Source: Amoebophrya sp. A120
Lineage: Eukaryota; Protista; Dinoflagellata
DNA: 64,000 bases
Assembly: GCA_905178155.1 (NCBI GenBank)
Contig: CAJINV010000002.1
Coordinates: forward strand, 8,513,224-8,577,223
Direction of reading: 5' to 3'
A program made the translations under genes and the position numbers. Each line of letters starts with the position of its first letter. The first letter of the stretch is position 1. Shown piece after piece: positions 1-13,266 of this stretch. Below the pieces are notes generated by a model. It did not search any database. It had not been told where the DNA came from and was given only the letters and a program-made list of their open reading frames with translations.

Positions 1-709
1 ACCCTTGTCGCGACGAAAAAATTAAAGCTACGACTACTATGCGCAGGTACAACCTTCGTTGGCACCAGCAGGAGCGGTCGTGCGTCAATACGAATATCAT
101 ATACGTTCGTGGCTGGACCTGGTAATTCTATTGGATGTATCTTGAATTTCAATACTTTCGTTGATTTTCATTTCAGGGTTGGTATCTTCGACGGACACTG
201 GGAGGTGTCTATGTGATGAGCCAAGATTGCATTCAACATATAAATTTATGTACACGCAGATCGCCGCGGCCGCTCTTTCACTTTTAACTTTTGCAGTCAT
301 AAGAATCAAAATTTCATTCGGCGTCATATCGTTTGCGCAGGCAAAATAAAATCGAAAACACCCGGAACGCCCTGGTGGGCCTCAAGCTACAGGTGCTACA
401 CTGAAGATGACTTGTCTGTTGGGTACATTTATATATCCGATGAGTACAACGCTTGTCCGGGATGAAAAAGCGTATGCTTTTTCTTGAGATGTATTCATAG
501 CCACGAACAAATCGGCGCGCTTCTACTTTATCAGTGATGTTCATGATGATATTCATTATTTTATGATGAGTCCACGGGTTGTAAGGAAAGTTTCACAGAC
601 ACAGATTTGCTGCTTTTGCGCGACACCACTGACGTCCTTTCCGTGCCTGTCACTCCTCCTCCTGCTGTAGTCCAAGTCCTAGTCACCTTGGTTGTTCTAC
701 TTCCATATT

Positions 710-3700
710 TTACTCGTTACTTCTTGTTATCATTGTATGCTGCACCGGAGCGGTTTCGATTCCGAACGTTTCTCGTACCCCGTCATGGCGTTGCACCGAA
801 ATCAGCAGCTCAAACTCCAGAGGTGCGCACCACTGGTCGGGCTCGGGGTACGGAAATTGCGTCGTCGTGTCGGGTTCCTCTATGCTTTGCAAAAGTATCT
901 ATCGCACGCGTAACGTAAGCGTAGTGCAGTCATGCATGACAAATCTAAGTTTCTACCTCATCCATTATGACAATGGCAAACTGCATTTTTCTTCTTGGAA
1001 TTGGATGAAAGTTTTCATATAGTTAAGTATGATATCGATCATATCCAATTTGCAGCAGTACGATAGCGATAGTATTTTGCAGTGCATATCCTCCCACTGC
1101 AAGCGAATGGTGACGCGGGGACTCTCCTCGGGAAGAGGAAGACCTGCATAAGCCGAACTGCGCGGGAGCTTTGCAATAGCACCGGGAAAAATCCTCTCTG
1201 CAGCAGCACCCGCACCCCCGTGTGGTCTCCTGGCATCGGCAACCGCGGGAGCTTTGCCTGTCACGGCAAGATCCCTCTCTACTATTCCAGCAGCCTTACC
1301 ACGACTTTTAGCGGAGCTGACAAAACTTGCGAAGAACTGGACCCAGCCGATTTCCGGTTGCGCTTGAAACGACACATATTCGAGATCTAAATGGTCCAAA
1401 ATGTCCCGCGACAGGCCAGGAATTTTTGCTCTGTCTTTGGTACTGCTAGTGGAACTTTCCTGATGATTTTTTGGATCTGCAGGATGTTGAGCGTCCGAGG
1501 TTCTGCATCTGCCTGCACGCGGACACGAGGCGCAAGCGGACAGCGACGGCCCACTGTCCGCGAAATGAGTATCGGGCGGGCCATGATCGGTCGTTTCGTC
1601 TTCATTAAGTAGCCCCGTCATGCAGCTCCAGGACGAATTACGCCGCTCTTGCATTTTCATTCTCGCAGCACTAGACATATCGCCCTCATCACCGCCAGCA
1701 TCAGGCTGCTCCCGCGTGTGCGCCACGATGAACACTGTCTCTGGTATCAAGTACTGCGACCAGAGCGACGTGATGGGTCGCACGATGTCCGTTCCTTCGG
1801 CTGCTGTAGCGAGTCGCTCTTCCGCGTCTGCACTATTCGGGTTGCTGTTGATGCTGTCAACATGCATGTCATCTTGCGTGTGCTGCTGCTCGCGTAAGAA
1901 GTCTTGCTCCACTTCTTCAAGACCGTCACTAATGCTGCTTCTTCCATCCGCATTCGATACATCCGGCGACCGCCAATTGAACAACAGCGCAGATTCCCGG
2001 GAAACGGAGCTCTGCCCGGGGGCGAATTGCCCGTAGTCGCGCTCATAGGGCAGTAAGTCTTCGATCTCCAGAAATCGCTTGCTCCGACGCGCCCTCCTCG
2101 TCGTCTTCGTCTGCACCAACCGGGCGTCTTCCAGCTTTACAGTCTCAGAGAGGTCGAGGTCCATGATTCCCTTCAGCGACCCGTTGCGGGAATCCAGTGG
2201 GAGGGAAAAGTCGAAATTGGCGTCGAGTTCGACCAGGTTTTTCACCAGAAACTTCGCGATTTCCTCCTTCCGGTCGACGTGCGCCGGCGCTCCTGTGCTC
2301 GTGCTATCATACCCAAAGGACAACTGGTGAATCGCGTCATCGACCAGCGCATAGTGCGGGAGAAGGGCTGAGCTCTGGAAAAGCACACGGTAGACCTTAT
2401 CAAAAATGCTTTCGTACTTCGTTATCACAAGCTGCAGGGCTGGCAGCTGAACCGAGGAAGGAGCAGGCTGCTGCTGCGTTGACACCGCCGGAAAGGAAAG
2501 TGGCTGAAGACTCGTCGTGTACAGAGGACGCGACTCCGCATCTCTTTCGACATCTCCGAATAAGTGTTGTCCTCGCAGACTCGCAAGGAGCGATCTAGCT
2601 CTCATCTCAGACGCACATCTGGCAGCTCGGCCTTGCTCTTCCGCCCAGACGTTGCCTGCAAATACTGGGTGAGGAATCTTGTCGCCCACTCTCAAGATCA
2701 GCTGGGACTGCTCGATTGCTCGGCAAGAAGTTGGCATCGAAGCTGCTTCACCTCGAGGAGCAGGACCACTATCATCATTCGCTCGCCCGCTACCTGCGTC
2801 GCCTTCTCCTGCCGTTTCCGTGGTGCTCTCGCGGCAACAAATGAAGACTGGTCTGGTTTTGCGTCGTCGCGGGCGATCTAGTGATGCCCGCGAGGGATGT
2901 TGTTGAAGTCGATGGCGCAGACTGCGTTCCTGTGCAGCCTGTGCTGTTGGTCTCTTGGTACTAATACAACTACCAGTTCTACTTCTAGCTTGTTCAGATG
3001 AAGATGAAGAAGAGCGCGCCTCGGAATGACCTTGCTCAACATCTGCGCTCAAACCGATTCCACCCGCCCAAGGCGGAGACCCAGAGGACATCGAGGGTGG
3101 TCTAGGTCTAGCGTAAGGATCACTCTGCGTTTCGTGGCTGATGCGTTCGCTCAGGCAGCAACAGCACGGACAGCGGGAAACCGCAGCCAATTCAGGATCA
3201 TGGGCGGCCTCTGAGGGCTCATCTCGACGCTCCGTGTCTTTCCAGAGAATGGACGTCGCCTCGGTGCGGCGGGTCCCGGAAGATAAGAAGGTCAAAGACA
3301 AAGGTGGCTCCTGCACCAAGGAATGCTGGTGTGCTGCAGGACAAGAAGCTACGAACTGGTCATCATGATCTTGCTGCGTACGACCCAGAAAACGTTTGCG
3401 AGGTTTTTCTCCTGCATCTCCTTCACCTTCCCCCCGAGCCTGCTCTTTGCTATTTCCATAAGGAAGCACTGCGAGTTGAACCGCGTGGCCTTTTGGGCAC
3501 GCGACCGCCTTTCCTAGTTGGCGTAAATCCTCCTCCGTCAAAGTGTGACCGGGCCGGAACTGTACCGCGTCTATTTTCCTACCGCTCAACGTCAGTACCG
3601 GAACGGTAAGAGGTTGAGCATCATCATCGTTGAACATAGTACTAGCTGCACCCGCCTGACGAGGCACAACTTCTCCTCGTGCTGGTCCACAACGATCATC

Positions 3701-4216
3701 TTCATACTGCCTCGTCTCGGTACTGCACGTAGAGCTCGCTCCTGGTGCCCGACGAAGCTCTTGCATGCGCTGTATACCAATACCGGGCGCAGTCCAATCG
3801 GAAGCGGGAACACAAATATCGCCGTATTCGTAGCCATGATACGTGCCCGTATCGGGGCCCCGGCCGTACTTGTTCTCCGGTGGTTGCTCGCCCTCCTTGA
3901 AGAATAAAACATCCACGCGCTCGTGCTCCACAGAAGTCCGAGGGGTCAGCTCCGAAATAGTTTCCCTTCGGGTGAAAGATGAGAAGCCCATAGACGATGC
4001 CGGTGTGGTCGCGACAAGAAGCGCTGCTCTTAGCAGAAAAAGCAGCTTTGCCTTTACCGTGCGTTTGGGTTTGGTTTCTCTGACAACTCGCGGCTTTGGC
4101 CTTGTGACCGGGAGGGCAGTTCTTGCAGCTCTCTTCGGGCTACAACAGTTGGGCTGGATCATGCCCGCTGGGTTTCTGATCCTCTTCCTCGAGGACATCA
4201 TCCTAGTTTGTAACAT
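710..4216 (-). CDS. Hypothetical low-complexity protein (~1097 aa); one non-canonical intron near the 3' end
   Basis: ORF 965..4216 joins ORF 710..892 in frame (RLQWE|EPDTTTQFPY) when 881..1088 plus one TCCTC is removed. No domain recognised. A further 3' exon cannot be excluded. Confidence 0.7.
881..1088. mobile_element. TIR introner IE1 (213-nt non-canonical intron)
   Basis: Direct repeat TCCTC at 876-880 and 1089-1093. Left end TATGCTTTGCAAAAGTATCTATCGC vs reverse complement of right end TATGCACTGCAAAATACTATCGC. Internal GTCATGCATGACAAA near 929. Confidence 0.85.
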
Positions 4217-6454
4217 TTTTTCCGCTTACTTGTGATGAAATACGACTAAATTTTCTTATTTATAGTGTTACTTCGTGTTTGTTCTACTTCTTCTACATCA
4301 ACCAACAACTTGTTACAATCAGTGTGATGTCAGACATGAACATCATGGAAGATCACCATCTTCGAATACACAAAATTTTTAGACAGACAAAGCCAAAGGC
4401 CGCTGGGCTTCACTACGAATTAGACTAAAGATGATGTTGATGAGGTTCGAGACATGGAAGTTAAATTTGAGGAGGATGTATGAAATTTTTGTTATTGTAC
4501 ACATGGTACTAGAGTCTAAACATATGTCGTGAGTGTAAATCGGAATGGAACGTGAAAAAAAGTTCCCATCAAACACCACGAGGTTGAACTACTCCTGGGA
4601 GAGCTATGTATAATGTTGTCTTTGACTTTGTGTCCTCTTCATATGGATGCTTGTTGTCACTAAGTGAAAAAAATCGCTCATCTGAAAAGTTGGTGGAGGG
4701 CGTTGGATTATTCGGTATTCGACTTGCCTCTTTCGAGTTCGTGTTCGACTGGGATAACATTCGAAAGGAGCAAGAAAAGCAATAGAAGGCAAACAAAAGC
4801 ATGACGCCGGAAAAATAGATTTATGGATCAGCGGCAAGCGGGATGTAGTCGTTTTGCGCCTGTGTAAGAGTATGGGGCGCCAGGCGCCGTTAGCGCTTGC
4901 CGCCGTTATTAAATATCATCTTCCTTTCGATCTTTTCTTGAAGACAGCAAAGCATCGGCATTACTTTCGATCTCTTTGGATCTTTTACAGTCCGTGGTTG
5001 AAGATCGTTTGCGAGAGTATCCAGGGTCCATTGTTAGTACTAGTGATGAAGTGGGACAGAGACAGACGAGTAAACCTAAACTCACAAAAAAATGCAATAA
5101 TACCCGAGATGAGCTGGCAGCACTGCCCTTGCTGAAGAGGAAGACATACAGAGGCAACAAAACGGAAACAGGGAAATTCATATGCGACGATGACGAACAC
5201 GAACATCTTCCACACCATACTTAGCCATAGCCGCCCATGACGAGATCATCTAGTCTCAGTATTTTATTTCTATCTTACATGTATATCTACTTTCTGCTCA
5301 TAATCATACATAAACTCTTCAAGTAGTGTCTGTCTGTTCTCGTCGATTCTTGGCGGTCCATCTCGACGGTGTTAGTTCCTTGTTCTTCATCTTAGTCACA
5401 GTCACGATTGAAATAAATATTCATATGTGCTTTATCACCACGGCCACGCTTGCGGTACTAGTATTTTTTGTGGTAGTATTGTTGTTTGTTCTCCTTTTCA
5501 GTGCTCAATGGATTTTTTGAAAGTTCATTTTATCGTTGACGTTTTGCGTTCTTGTGAATGTGTCCTATCTTTTTATTGAGGGCTGCTTCGGATTTGAGTT
5601 TGGTAGGACGAAAAATCAAGATGAACTCGTAGAGCACGAGCTCTACGGGTTGCGGTGACCTCGAATACAACTTGAGCTAGAGCTTGACTTCAGCCTTTAA
5701 TCCGTAATATGAGTCATCTGCTAGTAATATCTTCGAATGTAATATAGAAGCGGAGCCACTTTGGAAACAATAGCAAACTTCTAAGCATCGTCGTTCATCT
5801 CAGTATGTCCTTCTTTTTTTTTGTGTATCTTTCAGAACCAAAAACTTTCGCTTTGTCCCCGCAAGATCCGTGCGTGACTGTGTCGGTTAGCGATACCAGA
5901 AATCAAAATAAGTGCTAGAAGAGTCACGACGTACTCCACTTACACTATTGATTCCTAAAAGGAAGGCGCCCCTGTCTTTTTTATATGTTTGCCATTCTAT
6001 CTACTTATCTTTTAGTGTGCTTCTCTATAGGTTTCATCCTGTTATCTTAGCCCGCCGGCACGGGACCCCGAGTGGGCGAGTTTGCCTATCATCTCCAGCA
6101 CGGGAAGATGTCTCCTTTCTAGCTCAGAGATAAATCGAGTTCTGTTGGGTTGCGGTTGGAGACCTTTTTAAAGTCCGTTTTCGATCCTCGCTTCAAACTG
6201 AAGCTGAGAGAACGGAAGCCATTCAGCGCTTTTTGTCAAGTACAAGTGCTTACTTCTTCCTTCCTATCAATATCATACAGGTTGTACGAACATCAAACAT
6301 TTTTTTTGTTGACAGTAAAAACGTATTTACATAAAGCGGCTCTCTGGTTGTTCATCAATGGTGCGGCTATAATTATCAAAGACACGTCACAGCGAAGGCA
6401 GCACGTTATCCTATATATATTCTTAGACCGAGTGCTAGCCACCTAGTTACTTTC

Positions 6455-8000
6455 CTAATGGGATATTTTTTTTCGCACCGTGGGCGACTTCATGGTGGGA
6501 CTCAACTCGTAGTCAAGCCCCGATAGCTGCTTCTTCATTCTTCCGCGCACCCCCTCTTCTTGAATACGATTAAATTTCGGGTCCAAACCCTTAGCAATTA
6601 GGTAGATTTCGCGCATCGGTACTTCTTTACGTTTACCATCAGCAATTCCAGTTTGTTTCAGCGCTCGCAGGACCGCTGCGTCTGAGGGATGCGATTCCCA
6701 TTCCGGGGAGTTGTGCGCCGGACTGTTTCCATGATTACTCAGCGTAGCTCGATCCATGTCATTCTCCTGACCAAGATCTCGGCTCCACCCAGAATTAATC
6801 TGGCTCTCTTGTCCCCGTCCTGATTCCGCGCCCTCCGTCGGCTCTCCTCCTCGCGTAGAGATGACTGCAGCATCTGTGTCGACGGTTGCTGCGGCTGCGC
6901 CCACCTGCTCAGCCTCGGCCGCGCGCGACGGTTCTGCCTGGGTCTGCCGGGTTGGAGAGCGAGGCGAAGTTCCCTGTCTGTGAAAGGAGCTGCGGGCTGG
7001 AGATCGGCTTGTCCGCGCGGACGAAGTCCTTCGTCCGTGGGCCTCCTCGCCAGAGCCGGCAGCCAAGCCCCCTGGTCCTCCGCCGGGCCAGGGGACAGAC
7101 TGCTCGGGCTCGCCAGTACTACTTTCATGAGACAAGACCGGCGGAACGCCGTAAATGCTGGTCAGACTCCGGAAGCCGCTGCTTGCAGGCCCGACACCGG
7201 CAGCTGTGCGTCGTGCGGGAGAGTAGGCCTCAGATCCGTTTCGTCCCACAGGGCTGCGGGCCCTGTTAGGAGACGAAAGCGATGAGCGCTGCTGCGGTGA
7301 TACTGAGGGGGAAGATGCGCATGCGCTTGCGTGCCACGGCGAGCAGGGAGACACAGTGCTAGCGACGTCCCCGTCCTCCTCGGGCGCAGTCTCCTCTTTG
7401 CCTACGCCTCCTTCATCCGTCAGCATCAGTGCCGCAAGGGCCGACTGCAGTTGTCCCGGTGTTGGTTCTTCGGCTCTTCCGTTCGCGCCGTCATCCTCCA
7501 CCAACTCAAAAGTCTCGCTTCGTCGAGTCGCCGCGCTGCCGGGACTCACTCTCTGATGTTGGCTCAGGACTGCAGCGAACCGCCTTGCTGCGTCCTGCTC
7601 TGCCTGCTTCTTCGTTGCAAATTGCGGGCCGAGCGGCACGTGGCGCGGGCCGGTGTAAGTTCTCTCAAGATCATCCGCGTCCAGCTCGAGCGTCAACATT
7701 GCTCGGAATGGTGGGTTGTTTGTTTCCGGTTGGCATTGGTAGACCAACGCGTTGCGTCGCAAGAACGCAGACCGAAACTCCTTCTGCAGAGCCTGCTGCA
7801 ACTTGCTCTTGCAGTCGCCAACGTAGAAACTCGGCAGTTTCTCGGTCTACCGTCTGTTCTTGCGGCGAATCGGCAGCGGCATTGACGCCGGCGATCGGAC
7901 TTTCACCGTCCCCCAACTCCATGGAATAATACAGAGTGTCGCGGCTCGACGTTGTATCTTCCAAATGCGCGCGCGTGCTGGCGGCGACCTGTACCGCCAT
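6455..8000 (-). CDS. Double-stranded RNA-binding domain (dsRBD) protein with long disordered linker
   Basis: The frame is open from 7846: GDCKSKLQQALQK...PPFRAMLTL...FATKKQAEQDAARR matches the dsRBD pattern. Putative first exon MAVQ (8000-7989) joined by GT-AG intron 7847..7988 (inferred). Confidence 0.65.
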
Positions 8001-8893
8001 TGCTTCGGCGACAGCGAAAAAAAATATCAATAAAAAGAAAACCATTCTCGCGTGCTGATGCTGAATCTAAAGAAATCTTCTACTTTGTATGTAGTGATGA
8101 AGTGCTACACGCGCAATGTGACTCAAGTTGATGTAGTTCTTACGAATAGAAGATGTCGCAGCTTGAGCCCCGAAGCTTACTGCTATCGCTTGAAATTCGT
8201 GAAAATAATAGATACGACACGACTTACAGCTTTTTTGGTGCTAAAGAAATTACTTATCGAAAGGAAATAAAGTGAAGGCTGCGCTTCTCGGAAAAAAATC
8301 CAATGCCAGCTTGTTCGTTGTGACCTCGGCCTGAAAAAAAATCAAATGAAAGCACACGACGATGAATAAATTTTCATTTGAAGTAAACGAACGCTCGCAG
8401 TTGCATCGTAAAGACCTTTCCACAGCGTACATAGATCTTTGAATGATCGCTTTGGCCATGATAGCTTGCATCTGACATCGACGATTCATTCGTTATCGTT
8501 TGGGGAAAAAGAACGAGTCAGTGGAGTCGTCTTGACCTTGATCGTATATTCTTTTTTCCTCAACGTCCACGTCAGCAATGATCACTTCCTGATAGATTCC
8601 GATCCGCTCAACGCTAGAAATAGATTTGGGGTCTTTCGTTTGGATCCCTCTCAGACAAGTCTCAATTGCATTGTTTTTCTGTTGCACTTACTTCGGTTGT
8701 GGCTAAAGTTGATCCAGATTCAGAGCCAGACAAGTCACGAGTAGGAGTACCAGACCACTCGCACTATCAAATTAATCATGTTGTGGCTCGCCGAGGACGA
8801 GGCCGAGGGGTTGAAAGATTGTCTCTTCCACTCCATCTTCTGTGTGATCCACGTCGATTAAATTCTCAACATTCATCACAGCTCGATTTTTTC

Positions 8894-11800
8894 CTACAAG
8901 TCGAAGACTTGTTTCAATTTTCGGCTGCCATCGAGGTTTTTCTTTTTCACCGCGTAATAGTCGTTGATCAGGCCCGTTTGGAGATTTCCCTTCTCCAGTG
9001 TCTCCTTTACCAGTTCCTTCGGAATCATCCTCGCTTCCGCCTGGTATTTCCCGAAAATGCTCTTCTGATTGTGCTTGCCCACCTCGGTGGCCACCCCGAA
9101 TGCCGGGGGCCCCTCCTGCGTTTCGACGTCGCCGGAGCTGCTCGCCGTCCCGGTTAACAGCTGGGCGCGCTTCGCCCCGACGCGCCGGCCGTCGCCGACT
9201 TTCGACTTCGGTCCCATCAATTTCCACTCCAGAATGTCGCGCGCGAGCGGCCGCGGCCGGTCCTTCGCGTTTTGGCTCGACAGATAGTCTTTCGCGTCCG
9301 CCAGTAAGTTTTTGTCCACGTGCGACAGGTTCCCGCCCTGCACGCCGAACAGAATGCGGTCCTGCAGGCCGGAGTCGACGAACGTAGAATTCACGGATTC
9401 GCCATGGAAATTGCCGACCGTTCCGAAACTGTTCCCCGCGTCCTCGTAGTCGACCAGATTGACTGCGGGAAGGCTTGGCCCCTCTTCGAGCGAAAGGTTC
9501 TCGCCGGCGTTGATGTGGGGCAGCGACTGGTCCGTCGTGACCACCAATTCGTACATTTGGCAGGGCTTAAAGGGGTCCGGGCAGAACCCGTCGGTGAGCA
9601 CGGGCGAGCCGTCTTTTTTCTCAAAGTTCGAGTACGTCTTAAAGTTTTTGTAGGCTTTCAAAGCGGACTGCGTGTCGTAGAGGGTCTGCTTCTCCTTCTC
9701 GTCCAGCTCTACTGCGTCGCTTGGATCTACTCCGGTTGGCTGCTGCGCTTGGTTTACTCCACCAGATGTTTTCTTTTCCATTTTTTTCACAACTGCCGGC
9801 GGCACCGCGACGAGCGGGTGCGGTCGTCCTTTAAACGCTTGCGGTTTCTTCCCCGTAAACAGCTCCCCCACTTTCCGCAGCGCCTGGCCAGCGAGGGACT
9901 TTGCGTGTTCGGTGACTGATTTCTTGTGCGCCTCCACCTCGTTGACCTTCGCAAAATTCAGCAATTGCTTGTACTCCTCCTCGCTGCTGTAGCCGCAGAG
10001 CTTCGGCCACCGCAGGAGGCCATACTTCTCGCGGTCCGTCGCCCCCGTGACCCGATTTTTCACCACGCCCGGGAGCGCGCTGTGGCCCGTGTAGGGCGGG
10101 TTGTCCTCGGAGCGAAAGAGGTTCAGATGCGGGTGAAACCACCCGCGGATGGGCGGCATGGTTTCGGACAGGTATTTCGAGGGTTCCTTCAGCTGAAAAT
10201 CCGCGTCGTACAGGATCTGCTCCGGGTGGTAGTGGTTCCGCAGCCGGACGTGCACCTGTTGTACGGGCCTTTTGAATACGAGGAACGGGTGCAGGTACGT
10301 GGTGGAAAAAACACCGCTCTTTAATGTCTTGCCGCAGTCCGTGAACGCTTTGGCCTGGAACTTGGGGTCCGTCACGTTCGTGTACTCGACGAGATTCTGC
10401 TCCAAATACAGCGGCGTGGTGCCGCGGCCCCGGTACTGGAAGTACTTTTGGCCGTCGCGGGTGTCGAAGTCGGAGTGTAAGTCCTTGCTGAACAACTTGT
10501 TTGCGTTGTTCCCGTACAACTTGCGCCACTTCCGTTCCGTCTTCGAGTTCGGGTCGTACAGCGGTCGGCGCTTGTGCAGGATCGCATCCTCCATCTCGGT
10601 GCGGTCCGCGTTTTCCCGAGCCCAGTCAGCCACCTCCCGCCGCAGCTGTCGCGTTTTCGTCGCCATCATGGAGAGGTAAATGTTCCCCGCCATCAGGTCC
10701 CCCGCACTGTACATTTTGAACAGCGTCGGCAGACTCTCCACCTTCAACGCCGCAGCGGCCGCGTTGTAGGCACCTAACGCGTTTTCCGTCACTTCCTTCG
10801 GAATCAAGTTGCCCGGTTCGACCGGCGGCTCGTTCTGCAGGAGCCCCTTGGCGTTGCGCACCAGGGCCCGCGTCCCCTCCTTCGCGGTCTGCTTGAAAAG
10901 TTTGGCCGCGGTTTTTCCGGTGTCCAGCAACTCGCCGCCGACATGGTCGAGCTTCTTCTTCATTCGGTACAGGGCGAGGCCGAGGTATGCTGGCGAAATG
11001 GAGGAGTTCGAGAAAGGGCACAGCGACTGCTCGGTTGTGCGTGACACATATCAAGAACCGTGCGCCAAGCATGTCGCACAGAAGAATTGGCGCAGGCCTA
11101 ACAAGCCTATGCATTGTTGCCGTTGCGTAAGCCTATGCATTCGCGTAGCAACTAGAACTACCTGTACGTCTGCAAAGAAATGATGAAAACGAAAACCGAA
11201 TTATGTACAACTATGCAAATCAAGCCACAGCCCGCGAGAAGAAGTCTGTGCTCCACCAAACTCCACCAACAAGTTCTCCAGCCTACCATCTCCCTGGTCG
11301 GGTTTCTTTGGAATTTTTCAAAATTCCGGTTCCACTCCGTGACCATCTTCTGTAATTTCAGTGCCGGCCCGACAATCAAGTCGCCGCCCACCTGCTTGAG
11401 CTCGTGGAACTGCTCCAACGGATTCGACCGCAGCATCGGCGGCTTCAGATCCTCCACCTCCGTCGGCACCGCGTCCTCGAACTGCGCAAAAAATTTTCCG
11501 TACTTGTCCTGCGCGCCGTTCACCATCGAACTCGACAGCGCCGGCCCGCCGGCGGCCAGGCCCATGGCCAGCTGCGCGTTTTTCGAGTTTGGGTCCCCCA
11601 GCATCTCCTTCGTGCTGTCCCAACTGCTGAAGCCATTGGCAACTTCCTTCAGGTCCTCCAGCTCCTGATCGTGGTCCGTGAGGCCGAGGTCCTCCATCTC
11701 CTCCTGCACATGCTCGTTTTCCGCAACCGCGGTGCCCACGGCCGACGCCGTGCCGATGACCGCTTGGCCCGGGGCGGAGTTTCCCACATCTGCGGCGGCC

Positions 11801-12387
11801 GCCCGAAAATTATCCTCGTTGTTGTACACCCAACTGTCGATGTCATGGGCCGAGTTCTTGATGGTGCCCTCGGGATCCTTGGCCAAATTCGTGCCCGCGG
11901 TCTCCACGTAGTTTGCCGTGTCCTCGAAGGGCTTCGCGATGGTCTTGGCCGCGGTAGTGCCCGCCTTTTCCAGGTCTCTGCCGGCGGTGTCGAGGAGTTC
12001 CCCGCCCTTGTCGACAACCTGGATGATGGTCTTGCCCGCGGTGGCGCCCGCCTTTTCCAGGTCTCTGCCGGCGTTGTCGAGAAGCTCCCCGCCCTTGTCG
12101 ACAATTTTCTGGGGGTCCAGGTCGACGTTGGACACATCGGCGAAGGCGGTTTTGAACCGGAATATTCCGCTCGTCTGGTCGTGGAGATTGCTTGGTGTAA
12201 GTGCTGTGCCGTGCTGCTGCTGATCGTTCTCGTTGTTCGCGGGAAAAGCGATGTGAGGGTGATGCTTTTGTGGTGCCCGGCTGTCAAACAACGAACTGAG
12301 AAGCTGCTCGGCCACAGACATGCGTGGTACAATTCCCGTCATGTTGAGACAATGTTCCGTATGACGCAAGAAAACTGGAATCTTCAA
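8894..12387 (-). CDS. Large hypothetical protein with GGELLD repeats (two ORFs, probably one spliced gene)
   Basis: ORFs 11158..12387 and 8894..11047 are GC3-rich and share the motif GGELLD(T/N)...TAAK. GT donor at 11286; the acceptor is not resolved. Confidence 0.6.
11938..12104 (-). repeat. 87-bp (29-aa) coding tandem duplication
   Basis: GATGGTCTTG...GCCCTTGTCGACAA repeats at 11938 and 12025, encoding VDKGGELLDxAGRDLEKAGxTAxKTI twice. Confidence 0.9.
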
Positions 12388-13266
12388 GGTCGGTGATATC
12401 GTTCTTCAAATGTAAAAGGAAATGAGGTGCGTCCCTTCAAACAAAAGCAGCATGACACGTGATCATTCTGATGCTCATCGAGCGTCGCAGCGCAAGAGCC
12501 TGCAAACTGAAGGCAGGATAAGTGGTCTACAAAGTACAAACCACGCACGATCGAACCACTACGATGACGATAAAGGTACGGCCTCCGGCCGTTCCTAATT
12601 TTATTTTCTCACGCTCAACATCGTCAATGTGGTGGCAGATGAAATTTGTTAAGGTGGATAAATCTTTTATCGATCCACCTGATCATCTCGCCGGCTCTGC
12701 GAATGGTGGAATTGCAAGCGAAAGATTTCTTGAAGACGAATTTTCATGCGAAAAACGAAAGACGAAAAGCACGAAGATGTCGATATATGCATGATCTATG
12801 TTGTTGTTGATGTTATACGAATATTACGATTATCTTCGACGACGTCTTCGTCTGAAAGTCAGTGGCCTGCTAGCAGCTTCGCGATGTTTCCGTTTGAACA
12901 CTCGCACTTCCACTGCCCTCCAGAAAGTAGAAACATGACGGTCAAGGGACTGATACTGAAGATGTCTAACTTTTCAAAACGTTACCACTGGAACAAGGAG
13001 ATAGATGCACTACACTCATCACTTGTTGTGTCGTCACTATCATCTTCATCATCTGCTTCTGCGCCCAGGGCAACGCTGCTGCTGCAGCAGATGGAGATGC
13101 CTATGTACTACCAGATGGGCAGACCTTCCGTGGCGTAAGTACCGCTTACTTGTTTCCAAAAACGCTTCTGTTTTGGCCTAGGCCTTCCCCGACAGGAAAT
13201 TACTGTGGTGACGCGACCAATGGGCGTCACGGACTACTGCCGTCATCATGTCTTTGTTGCTTGATG

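Noticed and set aside
11404-12396. Long plus-strand ORFs (also 51163..52341, 45609..46421, 53083..53892, 36369..37130)
   Set aside because: They are antisense shadows of GC3-rich minus-strand genes with no recognisable motifs.
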